Made by a program: the position numbers and the translations under genes. A DNA stretch of 63,885 nucleotides, the filler included, from Malassezia furfur (lineage: Eukaryota), in NCBI GenBank assembly GCA_052055015.1. It is 3 parts of 3 records of this genome, joined end to end, with 100 filler letters (N's around TTAATTAATTAA, not from the genome) between each part and the next. Parts side by side here need not be neighbours in the genome. Positions count along the whole stretch, not along the records: positions 22,585 to 44,893 come from JBQJIT010000159.1; 2 more parts are not named here. One strand, 5' to 3'. Positions 22,585 to 33,653 of the stretch are shown one piece after another (position 1 is the first letter of the stretch; each line of letters begins with the position of its first letter). Below the pieces are notes generated by a model. The model made no database searches and was not told the origin of the DNA. It saw only the letters and a program-made list of their open reading frames with translations.

Positions 22585-24044
22585 GCCTGCTCGCCGCGCG
22601 GCGCACCGACCTCGCGAGCCAGGTGTGGGCGGCGCTCATCGAGGTCGCGCACGCGCTCGCCGCACAGGGCATCGCGTGGCCGCCGCTCGCGGTGTGGAAT
22701 GCGCTGCTCGACGGCTACTCGCGCGCAAACGACTTTGACGCCGTGCAGGCGACGTGGCAGGTGCTCGTCGACCCGCACGCAAGCACGCGCGCCGTGCCGC
22801 TCGCCCAGGGCGCCGCGCGCACCCTGCCGCGCCCTGCGTGGCTCGCGCCGGACCTGCTGTGCTACACGACGATGATCGCTGCCTCCTTCCGCCGGCAGCG
22901 CCCCGACCTTGCGCTCGCGCTCTTCCGCACGCTGCAGGAGATGCAGGCGCGCGGCGAGCTGACCATCTCGGTCGAGACGTACAATGCCGTGCTCCACGGC
23001 CTGTGCGTCGTAGGCCGCACCAAGGACGCCCAGCACCTCTTCCGCACGATGGGCACCGGCCGTGTCCCGGCGCCGACGATCACGACGCTCAACGTGCTGC
23101 TGCGCGCCCAGTCGCGCATGCGCGACCTGTCTGCGATGGCCGACACGCTGCGTGCGATCCCTACGCTGCAGCTGCGCCCAGACGTGATCACCTTCACCAC
23201 CGTGCTCGATGCGCTCCTCCGCGTCGCCGACACGCCGGAGCGCGCGCGCGCGGCCGTGGAGCAGGTGATGCAGATCATGCAGTCGATGGACGTGCAGCCC
23301 AACTCGGTCACTTTCACGGCCATGATCAAGGCGTGCCTGCATATACCCAGCCAGGACGGCGAGCCGCGCTGGCAGGTCGCGCTGCAGCTCCTCCACACGA
23401 TGTGTACCACGCGCCTCGCGCCCAACGTCGTGACGTACGCGACAGTCATCCCGAGCGCGCTCGAGCACGGCGCGCACATTGCGGCGCTCGCACATCGCAA
23501 CCAGGTCCCCGCGCTCTTCCGCAAGCTGCCAAGCACCTTGCCACAGGCCCACGCCGCGACGGATCTTGCGTGGGACGACGACCGCGCCGCGCTGCGCCTC
23601 GCCATCGTGCTCTGGGAGCAGATGCGCGCGGACAACATCACGCCGTCCGCGGAGCTGTACCACGCCATGCTCCGTGCGCTGCTGGCCGTGCCGGAGAACG
23701 CGACGGCGTTTGCGTACGGCGCGGGCCTTGCAGACGAGCTATTGCACGCACACGGCGCACTCGCACCGCACACGGGCGCCCAGGACACGACGGCGCCCAC
23801 GCCGAGCGCCCACAGCTGGATCGCCGTGCTGAGCGCCCTTATGCCCGCACAGCGGCACGCCGCGGGCGCCGCCAGTGCCCACGCCGATGCACTGCTCCGT
23901 GCTACACTGCAGCACTACATGACCTCGCCGTACGGCCACGCGGCGCTGCACGCCGATCCGCGACCGGCAGCACAACGTGTGGAGCGCCTCGTGCGCGACG
24001 CGCGCGCGCGCCACGCCACGCCTGTGCACACGGCGCCGGAATAA
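22585..24044 (+). CDS. Pentatricopeptide-repeat (PPR) protein, 5'-truncated, probably mitochondrial RNA-binding
   Basis: Repeated PPR motifs: VWNALLDGYSR, PDLLCYTTMI, VETYNAVLHGLC, PDVITFTTVLD, PNSVTFTAMIKAC, PNVVTYATVI. Confidence 0.9.
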
Positions 24045-24143
24045 AGCCCGCGCACGGTGGCCCACGCGCTGCTTACGTACATAGCGTGGGGCGCGGCATG
24101 CCGTCCGGCCCAGCGCCGAGCCGGGCGTCTTCGCACTGTCGCC

Positions 24144-24771
24144 ATGTCGACCCAAACCGAAACGGCCCTGAGCAACGGCACGTCGCAAAAGTCCGCCTAC
24201 GTCCCGACGCATCCCGATGCAATCCGTGTCGAGTTCCAGGACGGCGACTACAACTCGTACGCAGTCGCGAGCAGGGTAGGTGCACACAGCCTTAGACAGC
24301 CCTTCCAAGAAGGCGAGATCATCGCTACGTTTGAGCACGCGACGCCCAGCTCTGTCGTGCGCTACTCGACCGTGCAGACGGGTGATGATGCGCACCTCGA
24401 GCTGAACAGCGAGTACGTGCACCAGCTGACCCCAGCCTGCTTTACTGCAACCACTCGTGTGACCCCTCGGTCGAGTTCCACGTCAACGAGACCGATCTCC
24501 GCAAGGGGTATGCACGCGCCGCACGGGACATTCGCCAGGGCGAGGCACTGACCTTCTGTATGTCGCGCACTGACTCCAGTTTACCCCTCGACGGAATGGC
24601 ACATGGCCCAGCCGTTCGCGTGCCACTGCAACACCAAGGTACGTGGGGCCCCTCACCCAGAAATGTCTCGGCACGATCGCCGGCGCCGAAATGCTTAGCA
24701 ACGAGCAGCTCGCGCCCTACTTCCTCAACGACCACATTGCGCGTCGCAAGGCCGCCCAGGCCTCCTCGTAG
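24144..24771 (+). CDS. Small SET plus post-SET domain methyltransferase
   Basis: After removing introns 24276-24299, 24413-24435, 24558-24579 and 24639-24660: LLYCNHSCDP, DIRQGEALTFFYPSTEWHMAQPFACHC..KCLGTIAGA. Confidence 0.85.
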
Positions 24772-24840
24772 CGCCCCCCACTCGAGTGGAGGCACATAGA
24801 TTGGACTTTGCCCCACGTTGACAACGTACTCGTCCGGTGC

Positions 24841-25822
24841 ATGCCGTCTGAACCGCTGGACGGAGCGACCGAGGAGTACCTCTTGTGGCTCCTCTCGGAC
24901 TCCAACTTGCCCACAGGTATGCACACGCATTGACACAGGCGGCTTTATCGCGTCCGCAGGCCTCGAGTCGTACTACGCCCACGGCTTTCTTACGCATGCC
25001 CTCAAGCCCGGCGCATCGCATCAGCAGGCAGTCGTCCAGCGCACCATCAACTTTGTCGAGTTCTCACTCACCAACTATGTGCATTCTGTACTCCCATTCC
25101 TGCATGCCGTCTTCCATGTCACCCAATCCCTCGCACACGACATACCCCGCGCGCTGCGCGCGCTGGCTTGGCTCGACGCACAGCACCACACCCTCTTACT
25201 GAACCACGTCGCGCGCCGTGCCTCACTCATTCAAGGGAGCGCACTCCTCTCGCTGTATTCCAAGTCGTTCGCCCAGCGCGATCCGGCGGCCCGTGCGCTT
25301 GTGGACCGTCTGCGTATCCGGGCTCGCCGTGGCTGCGCAAAGCTGAACAGTGGTACGACGGCCCTGCAGCCCGACGCAGAGGAACTTGCTGGGCATTTGG
25401 CCATCTGTGCGGGCGTCTTTTCAGCGGTCGTCGGCCTTTCAGCGGAACGTATGCTCCGCCAGAACCTCTTTCTCCAGGCTCGCAACATCATGTCGTGCTC
25501 CATCCGCTTGAATACGATCGGTCCTTACATGGCGCATCAGCTGCTCGCGTCTCAGCTCCATGAGCTCGTTGCGCGCCAGTTTGCTGCACTAGATCGTGAC
25601 ATATGCCAACACCTCTACGACCAAGCCCTGCGCACGAGCGAAGCGAAAACACCCCCTGTGCCTGGACCCAGCTCCGACCCACCGCGCCAAAGTGTCTGGG
25701 ACTGGGACTGGGACGACCCTGCGAGGCAGACCCCTACCTGTACGCCGTGTACGACATGGCCGCTGGGTGAAATTATCCAGGCAAGACACGACCAGCTGCA
25801 TTCGCGGCTATTTAATAGTTAG
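24841..25822 (+). CDS. ureF: Urease accessory protein UreF
   Basis: LLSDSNLPTG|GFIASAGLES (22-nt intron 24917-24938), GHLAICAG, RLNTIGPYMAH, C-terminal HDQLHSRLFNS. Confidence 0.9.
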
Positions 25823-26509
25823 CTGGTGCGCACGGTTACACGCTTTTCAAAATGCATGTGGGGTTTGCCCTCCTCCATATATTCGATATTGTCGGTATGG
25901 TAGCCGAGACTGTGTGAGCACATCCAACCTACCGATCGTAGAATTTCCGTGCAATGACGAGGGCACTGAGCTCGATGTTCGCGTCCACCGTCTTGGTGCC
26001 TTGTGAAACAGGCGTGTTGCTTAGTGCTTGGATCACCCATTTTTCCGCACTGTCAAGAAGATAGCGACCCGCGCCACGACCGCGGTGTTCAGAGCTGATG
26101 ACAATGCGACCCAATTTCACACCGGATAGTAGCGCGGACGGACTATCGACAGATTGTTCGAGCACCTGCTGACGATCCACGATCGCGGCAATCACCTGGG
26201 CCTCGGACCGCCCATGGCCGGGCGGGGACTGGTCCTTCCGGCTCCGCGAGTAGCACATCAGAGGTTCTTCAGGAAGCGGCAGAGGAATAATGCGTAGCGT
26301 TCCTTGGATGCTCTTGTCACTCTCATTAATGAGAAGTAAGTGCGCACTGATATCATCGAGACTGTGTGAGCGCAGCATACCTACCTGTTCATGTCCCGAT
26401 CGGCATCGAATCCCTGCTCTTCTACATACACCTTGTTCCTCAGATTGTAAGCCGCGCTCAGATCGGCATCAGTGAGTGCAAGTCGCCCGGAGAAGTCCTG
26501 CGACGTCAT
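25819..26509 (-). CDS. GNAT N-acetyltransferase (YjcF/ElaA-like), tandem copy 1
   Basis: LRNKVYVEEQGF..D|SLDDISAH, GTLRI, KLGRIVISSEHRGRGAGR, RKFYDR|LGY, EEGKPH; introns 26362-26384 and 25910-25932. Confidence 0.88.
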
Positions 26510-26831
26510 GAAGTTTGTGAACCAACCTGGGTAATCAACGGGATAAGTCAACTGGGTATGACTTCGCAAAGCCGCGGATTGCCAAGAAGTTTAAACGTGC
26601 GGGGAAAAGGGGATACGCATTGATCGATCTAGTTAGGGCTAGGCAGCATATTTGTATATGAATTGGCAATAGGCAACGACTAGTTTTCTGGCCGAGCTAT
26701 TCTATTAGATAGGCCTTGTCGCCCGGCCATTTCACACGCGGGAATAAAATCACTTTGCTTTAGATGACCATCGATGATCCGGCAGGGACAGATGAATTTT
26801 GGAAAAGTAAATAGAATAGGGCAGCGAGGAA

Positions 26832-27524
26832 TCAAGCATCCTTGCGCACGGTAACCTGCTTTTTGAAGAGGACGTGGGGTTCACCTTCGTCCAGGTATTC
26901 CACACCGTCCGTCGTATAGTTGAGACTGCATAAGCACCCAGCACGTACCGATCATAAAACTTGCGAGCACGGACTTGTCCGCTGAGCTGGATCATTGCAT
27001 CCACTTCCTTGACCCCTTGTTGCACTGGTACTTGTGTCAGCGCTTCGATGGCCCATTTCTCTGCACTGTCAACCAAGAAACGCCCAGCACCCTGGCCTCG
27101 AAGAGAGCTGCTCACTACGATACGGCCCAACTTCACTCCTGAAAGGAGGACAGAGCGCCCATCGGGCGACCCTCGAACAACTTCTTGGGGTTTGGCAATG
27201 GAAGCAATCACTTGTTCTTCGGTGCGACCACGGCCCGGTGGTGAATGGTCCTTCCTTTGGGATCCCAAAAAGGTGAGCTCCTCACTAGGTAGTGGACAAG
27301 GGATAATACGCAAAGCCCCTTTCACACTGCCGTCAGACGTGTCAATCAACAACAGATGCGCTGCGATCTCGTCAAGGCTGAATAAGTTGGTGACCGCACC
27401 TGTCGATTTCGAGCTCCGGGTCAAATCCCTGCTCCTTTATAAATACTTCGTGGCGAATGTTGTACGCGGCACACAGCTCTTCGTCAGAAAGAGCAAGGCG
27501 ACATGACAGCGTATCGGACATCAT
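26832..27524 (-). CDS. GNAT N-acetyltransferase (YjcF/ElaA-like), tandem copy 2
   Basis: IRHEVFIKEQGF, KLGRIVVSSSLRGQGAGR, SGQVRARKFYDR|LNY, DEGEPH; introns 27378-27399 and 26926-26948. Confidence 0.88.
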
Positions 27525-27671
27525 GGTTGGCGACACCGACCAAGTAAGTGGATGAGTCAGCCAGCTATGACAAGGTGGTCCAAGCGCCCTCGCGCAAGTC
27601 TAGATGTGGAGAGAAAGCGACCTGCCAACGCAACGCGAAGATAGCTTGTTCTGGAAGACTCACTGCAATAT

Positions 27672-28355
27672 TTATTGTTCGCGCACGAGAATGCGCTTCT
27701 CGAAATGCATATGAGGTTCTCCCTCTTCGAGATACTCGACATTGTCTGTTTGATACCCAAGGCTGTGTGAGACGTTTTACGTACCGGTCATAAAACCTGC
27801 GCGCTTGGGATTGACTGCTAAGATGGATAGATGCATACACCTTCTTGGTATCTGGCTTGACAGACACGTGAGATAACGCTTTAGCGATCCATTCCTCCGC
27901 ACCCATCATCAGATAGCGCCCGGCACCACATCCACGATAAGGTGCTCTTATTGCCACTCGGCCAATCTTCGCACCAGATAACAAAAGGGTATCACCATCA
28001 GCAGACAGTTTTTGAGCCTGAACAAGCGATGCAGCAACCTCGGATTCCGTGCGTCCACCTCCAGGCGGTGAATAATCCTTGCGTTTTGCGTCGTGAACAA
28101 CAAAGCCGTCTGTATGAAGAGGATAGGACAGAATACGCAGGGTACCTTGTACACTCCTATCGTTTTCGTCAATGAGTAGAATATGAGCCGCTGTATCATC
28201 GAAACTGAATGAGCAAGATGCACTCACCTGTCGAGGTCTCGGTCCGCTCCAAATCCTTGCTCGTCTACAAAGACCTCATAGCGTAAATTGTACGCTGCAC
28301 ACAAGTCTGCGTCAGACAGGGCAAGACGCCAGCCGAACTTGCGTGACTCCATCAT
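27672..28355 (-). CDS. GNAT N-acetyltransferase (YjcF/ElaA-like), tandem copy 3
   Basis: LRYEVFVDEQGF, KIGRVAIRAPYRGCGAGR, SSQSQARRFYDR|LGY, EEGEPH; introns 28205-28227 and 27763-27784. Confidence 0.88.
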
Positions 28356-28718
28356 GGGAGGTGGAGGAAATATGCCAGTACCAACACCACACACATTACT
28401 TATTCGACGTCAAGGTGGGGAAGGACTCAAGACTTGCCCACGAAACTAAGTAAGCGGGTCTGTCATACACTCCTAGGCCGCTCGCCTATAGGAAACGCCA
28501 CAGCCAAGCCACGGACGATTGAGAGTTGGAGTTTCTTCGAGTCCGCCCTTCTACAGGTTCCATGCAAAAATAAAAGCGACTTTCGAATTGAATGCGCATC
28601 ACCTGGTACGACTATGGGTGGGCGTGATTTTTGCTTCTCATTGAAGCTGGAATGCTCAGAACCCTGGCAAGAATGCCCAGTCGGGTACCTGGTGTGCGGT
28701 AAATTTGAAATAATTTAT

Positions 28719-29408
28719 TTAGTCCTTGCGCACGGTGATGCGCTTCGAGTAGAGAAGGTGAGGGTGGCCCTCCTCCTGGTACTCGTTGTTGTCGGTGTGG
28801 TAACCCAAGCTGAATAAGTATGACACGTACTGGTCGTAGAACTTGCGGGCTCCCACAAGACCACTAATCTCAATGGTGGCGTCGACCTCCTTGGTACCCT
28901 TGGTGACAGGCGTCTGGTTCAGTGCCTGAATAATCCACTTCTCGGCACCGTCCAGCAGGTGGCGACCACCGCCACGACCGCGGTGCGCAGTGTGCACGGC
29001 AATGCGGCCCAGTCGCACACCAGAAATGAGTGCCGAAGGACCATCGGCGGACTGCTCGAGAAGCTGCTGGCCGTCGACAAGAGCCGAGATGACCTGCTCC
29101 TCCGTGCGACCGCTGCCAGGGGGATTGTTGTCCCTGCGGCTTGCGTCGTAGTAAAGCGGAGCCTTGTCCTCAACAGGGAGTGGCACAACGCGCAGGGTTC
29201 CCTGCACGCTGTTGTCGCCATCGTCAATCAGCAGAAGCTGAGCAGCCGTGTCATCGAAGCTGATGATGAGCACGAGCACCTACCTGTCGAGCTCACGGCC
29301 AGCATCAAAGCCATGCTCCTTGACAAAGATCTCATGGCGCATGTTGTATGCGGCCTTGAGGTCCTCATCAGACAGAGCGAGGCGCCAACTGAAGCTGTGC
29401 GTAGACAT
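28719..29408 (-). CDS. GNAT N-acetyltransferase (YjcF/ElaA-like), tandem copy 4
   Basis: MRHEIFVKEHGF, RLGRIAVHTAHRGRGGGR, RKFYDH|LGY, EEGHPH; introns 29260-29283 and 28810-28830 (21 nt). Confidence 0.88.
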
Positions 29409-29691
29409 GATGTTGAGGAAGAACGAGACTAGGGCGGGCACGGATGAATAAAACCCGGAACCCCCGCTTCCCCGTGTCGGCAAGCGCACATGCGCGAAGG
29501 TCGTGGAATCATATCGAGTTCGCACTACGCGTAACGGACACCATGATACGTAGCAGGACGTCTGCACTATTTCGAAAGGCACTGGCGCTCGACACCAAAT
29601 AAAGTGTGGGACTAGCCGACACCCTCGGCGGGGTGGTTCACCTCAGGCCTGTAAGAGGCCACGTTCGTAAACCGTGGTATAGTATAATCGT

Positions 29692-29951
29692 TTACACGCG
29701 CTTGGAGAAGCGCGCAAGGTGGTAGTTGATCGTCGGCTTGCTCTTGTTGACCGTTGCACGCTGAATGAGTATACAAAACACACCTTCGTCGCCATGCACT
29801 CGCGCAAGGTGCGGGTGGGCTCAAGGCACACCGACTGTGACCGAATATCATTCGAGCTCGCCCAGCATGCAAGCACTGCGGCGAACTCGGCCGCACACGG
29901 GGCGTTGGCCGCCATCTTCTTGGGGCGCACCTTCAATTTGTCGACCTTCAT
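29692..29951 (-). CDS. MRP10: Mitochondrial small ribosomal subunit protein mS37 (Mrp10)
   Basis: KLKVRP..PCAAEFAAVLACWAS...CLEPTRTLRECM|..KPTINYHLAR; twin Cys motif; one short intron. Confidence 0.85.
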
Positions 29952-30033
29952 CGCGTTGAGGAAGAAGCCAACAGAATGCCACGTGGCGTGGAGGTTCCCT
30001 CTTGTCGGCCATCGTTCCACAACCTTGATTGGA

Positions 30034-30400
30034 ATGGTGGGTGGTTGCTCCATGCTTACACAGTCTTCGTCTACTGGTCATCAGCCCCTGACGCAAGCGC
30101 AGCTTGCTGCTCTTGCCAGCCGCAACTCAAGCGTGATGCGGTATGTTAAGAAACTTATGCAGGCGGCGTGCCGCACAAAAGGAGGCTGAAAAGCCGCACA
30201 GCGCGCGCGCGGCTGGTGCCGGCGGCAGCTCCAGCACGATGCTGCGCTTGAACACGGATGACAGCCGTGGTCTCAGCGTGTATGTAACCCACTACTTACG
30301 CAGCGACCCGGTGGTGGTGCTTGTTCTGTCGGTTGCCTTCGTGTTTAGCGTCGTGCTTCTGCATATTCTCGGCAAGGTCGCTCGTTACTTTTCGAAGTGA
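30034..30400 (+). CDS. SBH1: Sec61 translocon beta subunit
   Basis: SARAAGAGGSSSTMLRLNTDDSRGLSV|DPVVVLVLSVAFVFSVVLLH; short introns. The exact start (30034 or 30052) is uncertain. Confidence 0.9.
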
Positions 30401-30421
30401 TGATGGGGCTTCTGATTGCTA

Positions 30422-31793
30422 CTATTCACTGATAAACGTGTGCTCCTCAAAGAGTGTACCCTTGACCGTAACCGTCTCCTCAGACCCGGAGTCGGATGCA
30501 GGGAGCTTCAACTTGAGCTCCGCAGGGTTCATAGTTTGATAGATGTACGGCTTCGTGCCCGCGACATAGTTCACGATCTTCTTCACAAAGAAGGGAATCT
30601 CTTCCATTACGTCAACCTTGTCGACCAGGCCCTGCGTGGCTGAGGGTGCACCCAGTTGCACCTGAAGCTCTGCCGACACGGGTTTGTGCTGCGCAATGGT
30701 TTGGCCATCCCAGCGATACACGATCGACTGCGGTACCTTGTAGCCCGTCAGATCATCCATCACCTTGTCCAGATGATCAATGCGCGTCTGGCTGTGGCGC
30801 GGTGGCGCATCTTCAGGCGTATCCAGATCGCGCGTACCAGCAACGACTGCGAGCAGCTCGCCCTTGTGCACGAGCGAGCCAATTGTGACGATCTGCGACG
30901 CCCGCTTCAGTGGCACCCCATCTTCGCCGACATGGCAGATACCATAGTCCGACGTCGTGGTGAACTCCATCAACAATGCGGAGACACCATCCTGTTCGGG
31001 GCTCTGGAACGTGCAGAAGTTCCACCTAGCAGCCACAAGGTTAGGACGCATGCCCTGGATGGCATGCACAAAGGCACCCTGGCCATTTGCGTCGATGGCT
31101 GCACCATCTAGAACGATCAAACCGCTCGTCACAGCGTACGGCCAGAAACGGTGGACGACGTAGCCGGCCGGCGAAGTTACATTTTCACCAAAGTAGCTGA
31201 AGCCGCCGCGCTCGCCATTTCCGAGCTTCCAGCCCTTGGCAGCAGCAGGCCGCTTCATGGAGTACATGAGCTGTACATCCTTGTCCAGATTCGCCTGAAT
31301 CATGTACTCCTGCGAACCGTCGGGAAGATCCTTCATGGAGACGGTAAACGCGCTCGACTTCGTCGACCGCTTCTCATTGTCCAGCGGAGTAAACCCGTCT
31401 GCCTTGGTCGACTTCCAAATCTTACGGCCCGTCTTGGGGTTGAAGTACTTGAACGTCATGTGCACCTGGGGGTTCCAGAGGCTGGGTCAGCACGAGAGAA
31501 GCACATACCCGACGGACGAGTAGATAATCTGACTCATAACAAACGATCCATCCTCCAGAATCGAGTACCACACCTGAGTTTCGGTGGTGAGACCGGAGGG
31601 GCACGTCCAGTTCAGATCCGTGCGCGCCAACTCCCCGTACAGCTCCGACTGGGGGAACGCATCCGAAACGGCATGGAAATTCGTTCCATGGCCGGCTGCA
31701 CCGGCAGGTTTGCCCTCATCTGCCTGCGGTTGCGATGATCCGGTCCTGGGGTCAGCAAAGCGATGCATACAGCCAAGAGCTCCAACTCGACAT
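30422..31793 (-). CDS. SVF1: Survival factor Svf1 (ceramide-binding)
   Basis: TETQVWY, QIIYSSVG|LWNPQ, HAIQGMRPNLVAARWNF, MEFTT, VDVMEEIP, VAGTKPYIYQ, FEEHTFIS; two introns. Confidence 0.9.
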
Positions 31794-31912
31794 GGTGATG
31801 TAAAACCTTCCAGTCCTGCGACCAAAACAGGGTCGTGCACCGTCTCAGCACGTGGCCCAAATTTCGGCCGGCTCGCCAACGCGCAGAGGAACACGACTCA
31901 TTTGTCCGTGCG

Positions 31913-32915
31913 ATGCGCCTGCGTGCACGGGTCACGGATATAGGACTCTTGACTGGGCTCGCGCGTAGGTTTCGTACTGATTGTAGAGACGGCATCGAAT
32001 GTTTCGCCACGATCCTTTTTGCAGTTCACGCCAGAACACTTGCGGCTGATCTGCCCGAACGGCCGCGACTGCATCCAGATCTGGGCGACTTTGCCCGCAG
32101 TATGTGTGACTCTTACACAGTCGACGCTCTTCACTGAGTATCGTGTTGAGTCCAACCGAAACAATGAGGTGACCTTGGAAGTGGCCACCGAAGCATTGGC
32201 ACGTGTGCTCCGTTCGGCTGCCGGCGCGTTGGACCTGGTTTTGCGCTTGGGGAAACGGAATGGCGAGCCCTTGTTGAGTATGGCAATTGCAATGTCCTCT
32301 CATTCCGGAGCACGTCTGGATGTGACACAAGATATCCTCATCCGAATCTTGCGTACCTCAGAACTCAACCTTATTACCGAGCCCATGTGTCCCCCACCAG
32401 ATGTACGCGTGACTACGTTGACTCCTAGGTATATATTACGTTGCCGCCGCTGGCTGAGGTGCGCGCTGTTGCAGAGCAAATGCGGCCTATGTCGAGTGAA
32501 GTGTGCCTCGCCGCAAATCAGGAGGGCACATTCCGTCTGGCTGTGCTCGACAGTGAAGTGGTGGGTGACGCGAGCTGGTCGAACCTGGAAATGCCTCGGG
32601 TGCAAGGTAGGTTGCCACGATCGGCTACTGACACGGCAGGGCGTGATGCGCCAGCCGACACAAGCCCCCGGGAGTTTCACGAAGTCCGGCTAAGCATGCG
32701 TGCGCTGCAGAACGTGCTTAGCAGCGCCCCACTGGCAAAATCGACAATTGCATGCCTTTGCGCTGACTATTGCATTGTATTATACGTGTATCTCACTGGC
32801 CAACAAGAACCAAGTGCGAACAACTCCGCAACCGGAGTTTTGAATGTACGTGTGAGCGTTCCGATTGGATGCTTAAACCCAGTTCATCATCGCCGGCGTA
32901 GACTCCGTAGGTTAA
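31913..32915 (+). CDS. HUS1: Hus1/Mec3 subunit of the 9-1-1 checkpoint clamp
   Basis: MRLRARV, IQIWATL, LFTEYRVES..NEVTLEV..LARVLRSA, EPMCPPPDV; five short introns, including 31965-31986 and 32100-32120. Confidence 0.85.
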
Positions 32916-33545
32916 ATTTGTTAACCCCGATCTGGCCGTGCAGCCGCAGCCCTAGCACCCGCTGCCTGTCAGTAGCGGTTATTTTTAGGGGCCTTACCCG
33001 ATCTGCCAGGTCAAGCTGCCTTGACCCACACCACCTAAGCCCCTCGGCGAATCAGCGCCGCCCACGGAATCGAGGTACAGCTTGTACAGCTTAATCCACC
33101 TGCCCGGCGCAACCCAGGTGCCTAGTAGGAGTTTCTGACAAGACGGAGCTCCGAAGGCGACGTAATTTACCTTTGTAAACGAGATCGATGTACCGGCGTT
33201 TACAGGTGTAAATTTCGAATTCGGCGGAAGTTCGACCAATGGCAGATAGCCAACGTGGGGTTAATGGGAACACGATATAGCGACAGCTGTCCAGCTCCAA
33301 TTCCCGTCCAACGCTTGTCCGTCGCTCTGCAGGCAGGTCTTTGACCACCTAGAACCGTCTGGCAAACCAGCCAAAAGGACTATTTGTGCATTTCCTGTAC
33401 TGGTGTGACGAACGTCGAAGTTGGCGCGTTGTTTTTCGACTTTGCAGTGAGATACTGCGGAGTAGTAGAAGCCGCTGCCGACAACCCAAGAAGCTGTAAA
33501 TAGGCTTGGGTGACGACCTGCCAGCGAGTGCGAGTTTGTGCCTTG

Positions 33546-33551
33546 TATAAA
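33546..33551 (+). promoter_or_regulatory. Candidate TATA box of the RRM gene
   Basis: TATAAA about 100 bp upstream of ATG 33654, in the longest intergenic stretch of the window. Confidence 0.4.
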
Positions 33552-33653
33552 GTGCGGCAAACCGTGACCATTTTCTACCAACCGCACACCAACAACGTAC
33601 GACCCTACCACCAGTGGTAAAAGCGCGACGCGAGACGCTGCCGCACGGATAGA

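Noticed and set aside
26510..26830. Relatively AT-rich spacer as a centromere
   Set aside because: It is too short and only mildly AT-rich compared with the strongly AT-rich cores described for Malassezia centromeres; it is explained as a GNAT promoter/terminator.
24144..29408. SET + ureF + GNAT array as a functional (urease or secondary-metabolite) gene cluster
   Set aside because: There is no urease, other accessory gene, backbone synthase or transporter nearby. Adjacency is expected in such a dense genome.
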